Assembly (NCBI RefSeq): GCF_004299445.1
Contig: NZ_SCTC01000057.1
Coordinates: 28,798 to 92,797 of the forward strand
Direction of reading: 5' to 3'
Length of the DNA stretch: 64,000 nucleotides
DNA from: Phenylobacterium sp.
GTDB taxonomy: Bacteria; Pseudomonadota; Alphaproteobacteria; Caulobacterales; Caulobacteraceae
The position numbers were made by a program, and so were the translations under genes. The notes below the pieces were generated by a model that saw nothing but the letters and a program-made list of their open reading frames with translations, did not search any database and had not been told where the DNA came from. This document shows positions 13,947 to 23,041 of the stretch, one piece after another; positions within the stretch are counted from its first letter, which is position 1, and the number at the start of each line of letters is the position of its first letter.

Positions 13947-15035
13947 TCAGAAACCCAGTTCGCTCATCTCCACGACGCGCTTTTCTCGCGCGCTGATCTC
14001 AGCGGCAGTCCCGATGGCGACCGCCATCAGCCCGTCGTGAGCGGTGACTTCCACGGGACCTGCCCCGCGCACCGCGGCGTTGAACCGCTGGTGCTCGTAG
14101 AAGGTCGAGCCATGATGCGTGCCGGCCTTCAGCGCGGTGGCGTCGACATCCACAACGCGCTGTTCGACCTGCTTCGGGTTGCGGAACCCGACGCGCGGCG
14201 AATATACTATCGATCCAGTAGGAATTAAAACATCCAATCGACCGGCGTCACCGACGGCCGTGATCTCTTCCTGGTTCTCCGCGCCCTCGGCGAACATGCA
14301 GAGGTCGAGCATGGCGCGGACGCCGTTTGCGAAATCGACGGTGGTGTAGCTGTTGTCGATGATGTCGGGTCGGCGACCGTCGTAGCGCTCGTCCAGGTGG
14401 TTCACGTCCATGGCGCCCGAGCAATAGACACGCACCGCCTCAGAGCGGACGATCAGGCGCATCAAGTCAAAGAAATGACAGCACTTTTCGACCATCGTGC
14501 CGCCGGTGTTGACCGAGAAGCGGTTCCAGTCGCCAACCTTGGGAAGGAACGGAAAGCGGTGCTCGCGGATCGACAGCATCCGCAGCGCTCCGATGCGCCC
14601 GCCGTGCACCTCCTCGATGAAGGCCGCCGCCGGCGGCATGTAGCGGTACTCCATCGCCGTCCAGAACGGCGCGGAGCTCTTGGCCGCCCGCTCGACGATC
14701 CAGCGCGCATCCTCCAGCGTGGTGGCGAGCGGCTTCTCGCACAGGATGGACAGGCCCGCGTCGAACAGGGGTTCGAGGACGTCACGGTGGGTATAGTTGG
14801 GGCTGGAGACGATGACGCAATCCACCTCGCCGCTGGCGGCCAGCGCGGCGCTGTCGGCGTAGGTCTTGGCCTGTCCGGCGCGGGCGCCCAGAGCCTCGCG
14901 CGCCCAACCCAGCGATGTCTCCACGGGGTCGGCAAGCGCCGTCACGACCGCGCCCGGCGTGACCGCCAGGTTGTGGATGTGCTCGACGCCCATCATGCCC
15001 GTGCCAACCAGGCCGTAGCGCACCACCTCGGGCAA
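13947..15035 (-). CDS. sqgA: Gfo/Idh/MocA-fold protein, probable NAD+-dependent sulfoquinovosidase (GH188-like)
   Basis: Rossmann GTGMMG, CEKP, MEYRYMP, EHRFPFLPKVGDWNRF and GGTMVEKCCHFFD motifs as I recall them from GH188 proteins, plus context beside a SmoC-like monooxygenase. Start set at TTG 15035 after GGAGG; ATG 15056 is an alternative. Confidence 0.7.
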   Translation of the reverse strand: MPEVVRYGLVGTGMMGVEHIHNLAVTPGAVVTALADPVETSLGWAREALGARAGQAKTYADSAALAASGEVDCVIVSSPNYTHRDVLEPLFDAGLSILCEKPLATTLEDARWIVERAAKSSAPFWTAMEYRYMPPAAAFIEEVHGGRIGALRMLSIREHRFPFLPKVGDWNRFSVNTGGTMVEKCCHFFDLMRLIVRSEAVRVYCSGAMDVNHLDERYDGRRPDIIDNSYTTVDFANGVRAMLDLCMFAEGAENQEEITAVGDAGRLDVLIPTGSIVYSPRVGFRNPKQVEQRVVDVDATALKAGTHHGSTFYEHQRFNAAVRGAGPVEVTAHDGLMAVAIGTAAEISAREKRVVEMSELGF

Positions 15036-15056
15036 AAGCCCCTCCCCGAAATCCAT

Positions 15057-15072
15057 ATGACAACGCTGACTT
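15057..15072. promoter_or_regulatory. LacI-type operator candidate in the divergent sqgA/MFS promoter
   Basis: ATGACAACGCTGACTT matches 13 of 16 positions of the symmetric ATGACAACGTTGTCAT. Confidence 0.5.
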
Positions 15073-15160
15073 ATTGTGAGCATTCTCCCAGACCGCCCGG
15101 CGGGGCAAGCCCAAATGTTGCGCAGACGACAGCCGGGCCGGGATCGAGGGGAGGCCTGAC

Positions 15161-16438
15161 TTGACGAGTTCCACGCGCGCCGAATCCAGCGAGCCCAGCC
15201 TCCGGATGCGTTGGATCCTGTTCGGGTTCCTTGCAGCGGCAGGCGTGCTGGCGCTGGTGGACCGCCAGATCATCTCGGTGCTGAAGCCCGAGATGGCCGC
15301 CGAACTAGGCTGGAGCGACGACGACTACGGCACGCTGGGGGCCTGGTTCCAGGGCGCCACAGCGGTAGCCCTTCTCGCCGCCGGTCCTCTCGTCGACAAG
15401 CTGGGCGTGAAGTGGGCCAACCCCATCGCCGTGTTCAGCTGGAGCGTGGCGGCCATGTTCCACGGCTGGGCGCACAGCCTCGTGCAGTTCACCCTCTGCC
15501 GCATCGGCCTGGGCGCCACCGAGGCCGCGGTGACGCCGACCGCCGTGAAGACCATCGCCACGATCTTCCCGCCCCACATGCGATCCACCGGCGTGGGGCT
15601 ACAGAACGCCATCGCCAGCTTCGGGGCGATCAGCGCCCCCTTCATCATCCCCCTGATCGCCGCACCATTCGGATGGCGGGGCGCCTTCCTGGTGGCGGGC
15701 GCCATGGGCATCGTGTGGTCGATCGGCTGGCTGCTGGTGACCCGCCGGGTGAACTTCGGCGACACCGCGCCCGCGACGCCGGCGGAGATCGCCCTACCCC
15801 GCGGCGCCTTCTTCCGGGATCGCGCGGCCTGGGCGGTGGCCGGGGCCAAGTTCCTGAGCGACTCCACATGGTGGCTGCTGCTGTTCTGGATGCCGGACTT
15901 CCTGAACCGGCAGTTCGGACTCTCTGGCGCCGGGATCGCCGCGCCGCTGGCGCTGGCCTACACGGGCGCCGCGGTGGGATCGCTGGTCAGCGGCACGCTG
16001 GCCACAAGGTTCCTGGCGATGGGCGTGCCGGTGAACCGAGTGCGCAAGGTGGCGATGCTGATCAGCGGCCTGATGGTGTTGCCCATGCCGCTGGCGCTGC
16101 AGGCGACCAGCCCCTTTGCGGCGGCGGGCATCCTGGCGCTGGTGCTGGCCGCGCACCAGGGCTTCTCGACCAACCTCTTCGCCCTGATCACCGACGTCAC
16201 CGAGAAGTCCAAGATCGGTCGCATGACCAGCTTCGGCGTGTTCAGCGGCAACATCGGCGGCATGCTGATCCTGAAGATCGCGGGCATGGTTCTGGCCGCG
16301 GGTCTCGGCTACCTGCCCCTGTTCCTGTTCGCGTCGGTGTCGTACCTGCTGGCGCTGGGCTGGATCCACGTGATGCTGCCGAATATCAAGATGGTGGACG
16401 CCAGCCAGCGGGGCGAGGCGCCCCTCGGGTTCCACTAG
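15161..16438 (+). CDS. MFS transporter, ACS/ExuT-like anionic sugar family
   Basis: About 12 TMs, DRQIISV in TM1, GPLVDKLG loop motif, RIGLGATEA, KFLSDSTWWLLLFWMPDFL. TTG start after GGAGG. Confidence 0.9.
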   Translation: MTSSTRAESSEPSLRMRWILFGFLAAAGVLALVDRQIISVLKPEMAAELGWSDDDYGTLGAWFQGATAVALLAAGPLVDKLGVKWANPIAVFSWSVAAMFHGWAHSLVQFTLCRIGLGATEAAVTPTAVKTIATIFPPHMRSTGVGLQNAIASFGAISAPFIIPLIAAPFGWRGAFLVAGAMGIVWSIGWLLVTRRVNFGDTAPATPAEIALPRGAFFRDRAAWAVAGAKFLSDSTWWLLLFWMPDFLNRQFGLSGAGIAAPLALAYTGAAVGSLVSGTLATRFLAMGVPVNRVRKVAMLISGLMVLPMPLALQATSPFAAAGILALVLAAHQGFSTNLFALITDVTEKSKIGRMTSFGVFSGNIGGMLILKIAGMVLAAGLGYLPLFLFASVSYLLALGWIHVMLPNIKMVDASQRGEAPLGFH

Positions 16439-17007
16439 GCCAGGGCGGGACGCTTCAGGAAATCGACCACCTGCTGGCCTACCAGGCCAAGTTGGGCCAT
16501 CACGGCCGGATCCGTGCAAACGCCGTCGTCGGCGAAGCGTGAGACGGCGCTGTTGACCGCCGCGGCCAGCGGTGTCGGCCAGCCGCGCAGCGCATGCACG
16601 ATGCCCCGCAGGGCGGCGATGGTTCCCCCGGTCGCCTGCCAGCCATAGGCGGTGGCGATCACGCCCACGGGCATGCCTGTGAGATAGACGCGCGGATCGG
16701 CGGCGGTCTCCTCCAGCAGGTCCAACGCATTCTTGATCAGGCCCGAGACGCTGCCGTGATAGCCGGGAGATGCGATGATCACCCCGTCGGCGCGGCGTAC
16801 GGCGTCGATGAACGCCCGCTCCTCGGCCGTCCGCTCAGCCTTCTGCGCATAGAGCGGCAGCCGTGAGAGGAAGGCGCCTCCGAACGCCTGGACATCAGCG
16901 CCGCGCTCCGCCGCGGCGCGAAGCGCGATCTCAAGCGCCCGCTCGGTGGACGACGGCGTGACCGTCGTACCGCCTATGCCGACGATAAAGGGCCGGCGCT
17001 GGGTCAC
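16435..17007 (-). CDS. NAD(P)H-dependent FMN reductase (flavodoxin-like SsuE/MsuE type)
   Basis: ADGVIIASPGYHGSVSGLIKNALD motif. Overlaps the monooxygenase stop (ATGA). Confidence 0.85.
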   Translation of the reverse strand: MTQRRPFIVGIGGTTVTPSSTERALEIALRAAAERGADVQAFGGAFLSRLPLYAQKAERTAEERAFIDAVRRADGVIIASPGYHGSVSGLIKNALDLLEETAADPRVYLTGMPVGVIATAYGWQATGGTIAALRGIVHALRGWPTPLAAAVNSAVSRFADDGVCTDPAVMAQLGLVGQQVVDFLKRPALA

Positions 17008-18077
17008 GCGATGACCAGCGGACCGTGCTCCAGCTTGGGCAGGACATGGCGGGCGAACAGGTCGGCCTCGGCGGCGTGCGGATAGCCCGACAGGATGAAG
17101 GCCTCGATCCCCATGTCTCGGTAATCATTGAGCTTGGCCAAAACCTGGTCTGGGTCGCCCACGATGGCGGCGCCACAGCCCGAACGGGCGCGGCCGACGC
17201 CGGTCCACAGGTTGGGCTCGGCGTAACCGTCATCCGCGGCGCTCTCACGGAGCGCGGCCTGGGCCTGGACGCCGACAGAGGTGGAATCGAGCGACTTGGC
17301 GCGGATGGCCGCGCCCTGGGCGTCATCCAGCTTCGAGAGCAGACGATCGGCGGCGGCGCGAGCCTCGGCCTCGGTGTCGCGCACGATGACGTGGGCGCGG
17401 TAGCCGAACTTCAGCGTGCGGCCATACTTCGCCGCGCGCGCCGTCATGTCGGCGATGATATCGGCGACCACCTCCTTGCGGTCGGGCCACATCAGGAAGA
17501 CGTCGCAGCCCTTGGCCGCCGCCTCGCGGGCGTCTTCCGACAGACCGCCGAAGTACAACAGCGGAGCCTTGCCCGAGACCGTGGTCACGCGCGGCGGATC
17601 CAGCTTGAGCTTCCAGTGCTCGCCGTCGTGGTCGAGCGGCTGACCGTTCAGCATGGTCTTCAGGATGCTCATGGCCTCGACCGTGCGGCCGTAGCGCGGG
17701 GCCGACGCCATCTTCTCTCCCGGCATGTCGGACGAGATGATGTTCACGGTCAGGCGGCCGCCCAGCAGCCGGTCGATGGTCGCGATCTGGCGGGCCAGCT
17801 GCGGCGGCCACATCTCGCCGATGCGCACGGCCATCAGCAGGCGCATCCGCTTCAGTTGCGGCGCGATGGCGGCCGCGAAGGCGGTGGTGTCGATGCCCAG
17901 CTCATAGCCCGACGGCAGCAGGATGTTGTCGAAACCGCCGGCCTCGGCCTGCAGGACGATATCGCGGCAATGCTCCCAGCTCGACTTCAGCATCGGGTCG
18001 GGCACGCCCAGGAACTCGTAGTCGTCGTCGCACAACGCCGAGAACCAGGACACTTCGCAGGGAGGACGGGTCGTCAT
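17004..18077 (-). CDS. smoC: LLM-class FMNH2-dependent monooxygenase, sulfoquinovose monooxygenase SmoC/SquD-like
   Basis: EVSWFSALCDDDYEFLGVPD, NIISSDMPGE, PLLYFGG, DVFLMWP, LWTGVGRARSGCGAAIVG and FILSGYPH match my recollection of Agrobacterium SmoC rather than SsuD. Confidence 0.8.
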   Translation of the reverse strand: MTTRPPCEVSWFSALCDDDYEFLGVPDPMLKSSWEHCRDIVLQAEAGGFDNILLPSGYELGIDTTAFAAAIAPQLKRMRLLMAVRIGEMWPPQLARQIATIDRLLGGRLTVNIISSDMPGEKMASAPRYGRTVEAMSILKTMLNGQPLDHDGEHWKLKLDPPRVTTVSGKAPLLYFGGLSEDAREAAAKGCDVFLMWPDRKEVVADIIADMTARAAKYGRTLKFGYRAHVIVRDTEAEARAAADRLLSKLDDAQGAAIRAKSLDSTSVGVQAQAALRESAADDGYAEPNLWTGVGRARSGCGAAIVGDPDQVLAKLNDYRDMGIEAFILSGYPHAAEADLFARHVLPKLEHGPLVIA

Positions 18078-18982
18078 GGCAGCGGCGCTCCGAGGCTTGC
18101 GACGAGGACCGCGTACCACTCGGCGCGGGTCCAGCGAGGAATGTAGGCTTGCGGGATCTCGGCGATGCGCGCCGGAGCCTGGGTTCCCACGATCGGGATC
18201 GGCTGGGCGGGATGCGCCATGATCCAGCTGTAGGCGGCGGCGGCGCGGCTGACGCCGGCCTCCTCCGCCTTCGCGTCCAGGGCCTGCGCGACGGCGCGCG
18301 TGCGGTCGTCGGCGGGTTTGGCGAGCCGCCCGCCGCCAAGGGGCGACCAGGCCAGCACGGCCATGCCGCGTGCGACCGCCTGATCGAGGACGCCGTCGCT
18401 CAAGGGGCTCACGGCGAGCGGGGAGAACTCAGGCTGGCACGACACGATGGGCAGCGGCAGGTGGGCGGCCAACGCCTCGACCTGCCAGGCCGTGAAGTTC
18501 GAGACGCCGACCGCGCCGATCTTGCCGGCCTGGTGCGCCGCCAGCAGCGCCTCGCCGATCTCGCTCGGATGGGTGAGCAGATCAGGGCGGTGAATCTGCC
18601 AGAGCGCCACGTGATCGACGCCCATGCGGGTCAGCGACGCGTCGATGGCCGACGTGAGGTACCCGGCGCTCGAATCGTAGGGCACGCCCATCGAAATGCC
18701 GCCCTTGGTGGCGATGACCATGCGCTGCGCAAGCGGCGGGTTCGCCGCCAGCACCCGGCCGAGCAGCGCCTCGGCCGCGCCAAACGGCTCGCCGTTGTCG
18801 GGTCCGTAGATGTCAGCGGTGTCGAAGAGGGTCACGCCCGCGTCCAGGGCAGCCTGCACGCGCGCCTCGGCTGCGCCGACGTCGTCGCCAGCGAACCGCC
18901 ACATGCCCCATGCGATCGACGAAACCTCGGGGCCGCCTGGATACAGAGCTCGACGGGTCGGCGGTACGGGGAGATGGGTCAT
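18074..18982 (-). CDS. smoB: aldo/keto reductase, probable 6-oxo-glucose reductase (SmoB/SquF-like)
   Basis: AKR motifs FDTADIYG, ATKGG, QIHRPD, GVSNF, AWSPLGGG. YdhF-like subgroup, translationally coupled to smoC. Confidence 0.7.
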   Translation of the reverse strand: MTHLPVPPTRRALYPGGPEVSSIAWGMWRFAGDDVGAAEARVQAALDAGVTLFDTADIYGPDNGEPFGAAEALLGRVLAANPPLAQRMVIATKGGISMGVPYDSSAGYLTSAIDASLTRMGVDHVALWQIHRPDLLTHPSEIGEALLAAHQAGKIGAVGVSNFTAWQVEALAAHLPLPIVSCQPEFSPLAVSPLSDGVLDQAVARGMAVLAWSPLGGGRLAKPADDRTRAVAQALDAKAEEAGVSRAAAAYSWIMAHPAQPIPIVGTQAPARIAEIPQAYIPRWTRAEWYAVLVASLGAPLP

Positions 18983-19058
18983 GGGCCTCTTCGTCACCAG
19001 CCTGAAGACTGCGGTTCTGCGGCGTCCCACCCCGGCGGCTTGCCCCGGATGACACCGT

Positions 19059-19074
19059 ATGACTACGTTGTCAT
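19059..19074. promoter_or_regulatory. LacI-type palindromic operator
   Basis: ATGACTACGTTGTCAT is a near-perfect palindrome (one mismatched pair) with a central CG core, between the divergent smoB and YeiH genes. A partial copy ATGACACCG lies at 19049. Confidence 0.7.
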
Positions 19075-19134
19075 ATTGATAGGTGAGCGGACAGGCCCTT
19101 GGCAAGCGGCGCCTGTCCGAGAGGGGCGGGTCCG

Positions 19135-20136
19135 GTGAGCGAGAGCGAGGTCACAAAGGGCGGCGTGCGGGCGCATTTGCCCGGACTCGCGGTCACAGCG
19201 CTGGCCACGCTGGCAGCCGCCTACGTCTCGGACCACTACGGCGCGCCGCTCACGCTGATGTGCCTACTGTTCGGCCTCGCCTTGAACTTCCTGGGGACGG
19301 ACCGGCGTCTGGACCTGGGCCTGTCGTTCGCCTCGCGCACCCTCCTGCGCTGGGGGATCGTCTTTGTGGCGGCGCGGGTCACCCTGGTCGAGATCGCCGA
19401 CCTGGGACCGATCGCCCTCCTCTGCGTAGCGGCGATCGTGGCGGCCACCCTGACGACCGGCGTGCTGGCGGCCCGGGGGCTGGGTTTCAGCGGCGCGTTC
19501 GGCGCCCTGTGCGGCGGGGCGGTGGCGATCTGCGGGGCGTCGGCGGCGATGGCCTTTGCCAGCCTGCTGGGCGAGCGTCGCGTGAGCCAGGCGCAGTTGA
19601 CCCTCGTGCTGGTGGGCGTCTCGGCCGCAAGCGCGTTGAGCATGACGCTCTACCCGGTGCTGGCGCACCAACTGGCCTTCAGCGATCTGCAGGCGGGCTT
19701 CATGATGGGCGCATCGATCCATGACGTCGCCCAGGCGCTGGGGGCGGGCTACGCCTTCTCGAATCCGGCCGGCGAGACTGCGACGATCGTGAAGCTGGCG
19801 CGGGTCGCCCTGCTGGCGCCTGCGATGCTGGCGGTGGCCCTGTTCATCCCGCGCGAGCCAGGCGCGAAGATCGCCTCGTTCGTGCTGCCCTGGTTCGTGC
19901 TGGGCTTCTTCGGTCTGGCCGGCGTGAACTCTCTGGGGTGGATCCCACCTCAGGTCGCCGACCTGTCGGCCAGCGCCAGCAAGGCGCTGCTGGCCTGCGC
20001 GGTCACGGCGACCGGCGTGCGGTCCAACCTTCAGTCCCTGACGGCTGAAGGCCTGCGGCCCCTGCTCGCCATCGTGGCGGCGACCCTGGTGGCGCTGGCC
20101 CTGGCGACGGGCGCGGCTGCGTTCCTCATCGGCTAG
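19135..20136 (+). CDS. YeiH/PSE family membrane protein (putative sulfate/sulfite exporter)
   Basis: GGAVAICGASAAMA, GASIHDVAQALGAG, ATIVKLARVALL, PWFVLGF motifs. Confidence 0.85.
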   Translation: MSESEVTKGGVRAHLPGLAVTALATLAAAYVSDHYGAPLTLMCLLFGLALNFLGTDRRLDLGLSFASRTLLRWGIVFVAARVTLVEIADLGPIALLCVAAIVAATLTTGVLAARGLGFSGAFGALCGGAVAICGASAAMAFASLLGERRVSQAQLTLVLVGVSAASALSMTLYPVLAHQLAFSDLQAGFMMGASIHDVAQALGAGYAFSNPAGETATIVKLARVALLAPAMLAVALFIPREPGAKIASFVLPWFVLGFFGLAGVNSLGWIPPQVADLSASASKALLACAVTATGVRSNLQSLTAEGLRPLLAIVAATLVALALATGAAAFLIG

Positions 20137-21146
20137 CGCTTCCCGGGCGCCGCTGTGGACCCGCGGATCACCAGCTCGTGCGGCAGGCGTCGATGCACCA
20201 CCTCGTCTTCGGCGCCGAACAGCAGGCTTGCTGCCGCATAGGCCAGTTCCCGGGTCGGCTGGCGCACAGTCGTCAGCGGCGGCCACAGCTGGCTGGCCAG
20301 GGCCGTATCGTCGAATCCCGCGACCGACAGATCGCCCGGCACGCTCAGGCCGCGCCGGTGGGCCACGGTCAGCACGCCGGCCGCCATGTCGTCGTTGCTG
20401 GCGAAGATTGCGGTGGGGGGCTGCGGCAGGTCGAGCAGGATGTCGGCGGCCGCCTCGCCCGAGGCGAAGTCGAACTGCCCGGGCCGCACATACTTGGGCT
20501 CGAAGGCGAGGCCCGCACGGTCCATTGCGCGGCGATAGCCGAACAGCCGCAGATCGCTGGCCGTATGGTTGGTGTGGCCGATGATGAAGCCGATACGGCG
20601 GTGGCCCAGCGCGATCAGATGGCTGGTCATGTCGTCGGCGGCCTGAACGTCATCCATCGACACCGAGGAACTGCGATCATGCTCGGTCCCCGGCGAGATC
20701 CGGACATAGGGCACGCCGCGGCGATCCAGTTCGGCGAGCGCCGCCGCGGCGTCGGTCACCGGCGACGACAGAATCACGCCGTCCACCTGGGTCTGATCGA
20801 TCAACCCGCCGATCTCGCGCGCCAGGTTCGCCAACGCCACGTCGGTGGGTTGGGCCAGCATCCGCACCCCCTCCTCGATGCAGCGGGCCCAGACGCCGGT
20901 CTGGATCTGATGGATGTAGTGGGGGCTGTGATTGTCGTAGATCAGGGCGATCTGGTAGCTGCGGCTGCCCTTCAGGATGCGAGCGGCCACGCTGGGCTGG
21001 AAATTGAGCTGAGCCACGGCGCGCTCGACGGCCAGCCGCGTCTTCTCCGAGACGTACTTTTCCTTGTTCAGCACACGCGAGACGGTCTTCATGGACACGC
21101 CGGCGATGTCCGAGACGTCTTTGATGGTCGGGCGCATGTCGCTCAT
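20133..21146 (-). CDS. LacI family transcriptional repressor
   Basis: TIKDVSDIAGVSMKTVSRVLN HTH, hinge YxPxxxAR-like FQPSVAAR, PTAIFASNDDMA, LSVAGFDD, LTTVRQP. Confidence 0.95.
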   Translation of the reverse strand: MSDMRPTIKDVSDIAGVSMKTVSRVLNKEKYVSEKTRLAVERAVAQLNFQPSVAARILKGSRSYQIALIYDNHSPHYIHQIQTGVWARCIEEGVRMLAQPTDVALANLAREIGGLIDQTQVDGVILSSPVTDAAAALAELDRRGVPYVRISPGTEHDRSSSVSMDDVQAADDMTSHLIALGHRRIGFIIGHTNHTASDLRLFGYRRAMDRAGLAFEPKYVRPGQFDFASGEAAADILLDLPQPPTAIFASNDDMAAGVLTVAHRRGLSVPGDLSVAGFDDTALASQLWPPLTTVRQPTRELAYAAASLLFGAEDEVVHRRLPHELVIRGSTAAPGKR

Positions 21147-21175
21147 CTATGGCCTGACTGACGGGCTTGCGCCAC

Positions 21176-23041
21176 CTAGGGCAACAGCAGCGGCCGCACT
21201 GTGATGCGGAACGACACGCCGCGGTCCTGCAGATCGCGTTTGCCGGCCGAGGCGACGTCCTTCAGCGCCTTTGCATAGGTGATCCGGGCGGAAAGAGCGT
21301 CGGCGGGGGTCCAGGCCAGCGAACCGCCGACGCTGTAGATGCGATGCACCGGCTGCGGGTCCTCGACGTTCGTCATGTAGGCCGCGTCAGCGAAGCCGGA
21401 GACGGTGAAGGCGCCCCAGTCGAAAGTGCGCCCCGTCCCCTGGCGTCCGCCCAGGCGGATCGGCCGGGCTACCTCAACCGAACCTACCGCGCCCCTGTCA
21501 GCCAGCAGCAGGTTCTCGCGATAGCCGCGAACCGTGCTCTCGCCGCCCGCCGAGAAGCGCTCGCCCGAGTAGAGGACGCCATCGGCCCACTGGCCATAGA
21601 ACCGCGCGCGCAGCTCAAGGCCGTCGTCGGTCAGGCGCCGCGCGTAGTTCACCTGGGCCAGGACAGCGCGGAAGTCGCGCTCGGGCACGGGCAGGCCGGG
21701 GACGTCAGACTTGGTGCCGTCCAGCCCTTGCGTGCCGGTCACGGAGATGGCGAACACCTGGTCGACGTTGCGGACTACGTAGTCGCCCACGAAGCGCAGC
21801 GCCCGGTACTCGGTCTGGCCATCGACGGCGCCCGGCGCGAACGAGAACCGCTCGCCCAGGAGATAGGCGGTAGACTGCCGCCAGGCGAACATCATCCCCG
21901 CGCTCAGCGTGCGGGCCGAACGCCAGCGACCGGGCTGTGCGGCGGGCAGCAGCGGCGCATCCAGCAGCTTCCGGGTGACCCCTGCCTCGAACGCCATATC
22001 CTTGGCCTTGATGTCGAGCGGGGCCAGCAGGGCGTCGGTGACGGCGGCCTCGTTGATCGCGCCGCGCACCGAAATGGTGGTCTTGGGCGAGACGAACGGG
22101 AAAGCGTACGCCACCGTGGCGTCCTCGACGCCATCGGTCAGACCCGCCTCGACGCTCAGCCGGTCGCCCGCGCCGATCACGTTGCGCATGGATCCGCCGA
22201 CCGCCTTGCGTTCACCGCCCACCGAGGGCGAGCGGTTGTTGGCATAGCTGACATAGAGGTCGAAGCGGTCCTGCGGCAGGACCGCCAGCGCCAGGCTGGC
22301 CTCGCCCGGCCGCGAGCCTGGCCGCAGGTCGGCGTTGATCGTGCGGATCGCCGGGTCCTCGGCCAGCAGGCGGAAGTCACGCTCCAGCTCGACGGCGCTC
22401 AGCGGCCGGCGGGCTGCGGCGGGCATGCGATCTTCGATGTAGCGGGCGTCCAGGCCCTTGGCGCGGCCGCCGATCCACTCGACGCTCAGCGGCGGAAGGT
22501 CGCCGCCGGGCGACGCCAGCGCGCCGTAGATGATCTCCAGCTCCAGGACGCCCGGCGCGCTCGACGGCCGAACCACGACGCCCGAATTGATGTAGCCGGC
22601 GCCCAGGAAGGCGCGGTTGGCCGCCTGGACCACGGCCAGCGCCCGCGACACGCCGCCGCCGGGCAGGCCGTTGTTGGAGAACTGGCGGCGCAGCCAAGCT
22701 TCGTTCAGCGCCTCGCCCGGATTGTGGTCCAGCCGCAGGCCGCCGATGTCGGCCGGCGGGGTCCACTGCGGCGGCGGGATCGCGTCGCGGTGCGGCCCCG
22801 AGACCTTGATGCGCAGATCGGTGACGGGCGCGCCACCGGTCGGCGCGACGCCGTCCGGACCCGCGGCGGCTGGCGCGGGGGCAAGGCCGGGCGCGGGCTG
22901 CGCGTAGGAGGGCGTTGGCGGCGGCGTCGACTGGGGGCCTGTGCGCCCCTGCGACAGGTCGGCCGGCTGGGCCGCGGCGGGCGCGGCCGCGGCCAGCACG
23001 GCGAGCGTGGCGGCGGTCGACACTTCGGACCAGCGGCTCAA
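21176..23041 (-). CDS. TpsB (ShlB/FhaC/HecB) two-partner secretion transporter
   Basis: Signal peptide ending AAA-Q, Pro-rich linker, POTRA-like FLGAGYINSGVVV, YANNRSPSVG, VRGY loop (GGESTVRGYREN), C-terminal amphipathic strand. TTG start overlapping the tpsA stop is inferred; GTG 23023 is an alternative. Confidence 0.88.
   Translation of the reverse strand: MSRWSEVSTAATLAVLAAAAPAAAQPADLSQGRTGPQSTPPPTPSYAQPAPGLAPAPAAAGPDGVAPTGGAPVTDLRIKVSGPHRDAIPPPQWTPPADIGGLRLDHNPGEALNEAWLRRQFSNNGLPGGGVSRALAVVQAANRAFLGAGYINSGVVVRPSSAPGVLELEIIYGALASPGGDLPPLSVEWIGGRAKGLDARYIEDRMPAAARRPLSAVELERDFRLLAEDPAIRTINADLRPGSRPGEASLALAVLPQDRFDLYVSYANNRSPSVGGERKAVGGSMRNVIGAGDRLSVEAGLTDGVEDATVAYAFPFVSPKTTISVRGAINEAAVTDALLAPLDIKAKDMAFEAGVTRKLLDAPLLPAAQPGRWRSARTLSAGMMFAWRQSTAYLLGERFSFAPGAVDGQTEYRALRFVGDYVVRNVDQVFAISVTGTQGLDGTKSDVPGLPVPERDFRAVLAQVNYARRLTDDGLELRARFYGQWADGVLYSGERFSAGGESTVRGYRENLLLADRGAVGSVEVARPIRLGGRQGTGRTFDWGAFTVSGFADAAYMTNVEDPQPVHRIYSVGGSLAWTPADALSARITYAKALKDVASAGKRDLQDRGVSFRITVRPLLLP

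Noticed and set aside
13947-18077. Inositol dehydrogenase plus SsuD/SsuE alkanesulfonate operon
   Set aside because: There are no iol genes or ssuABC. The motifs fit SmoC and GH188 better, and the AKR partner fits sulfo-SMO.
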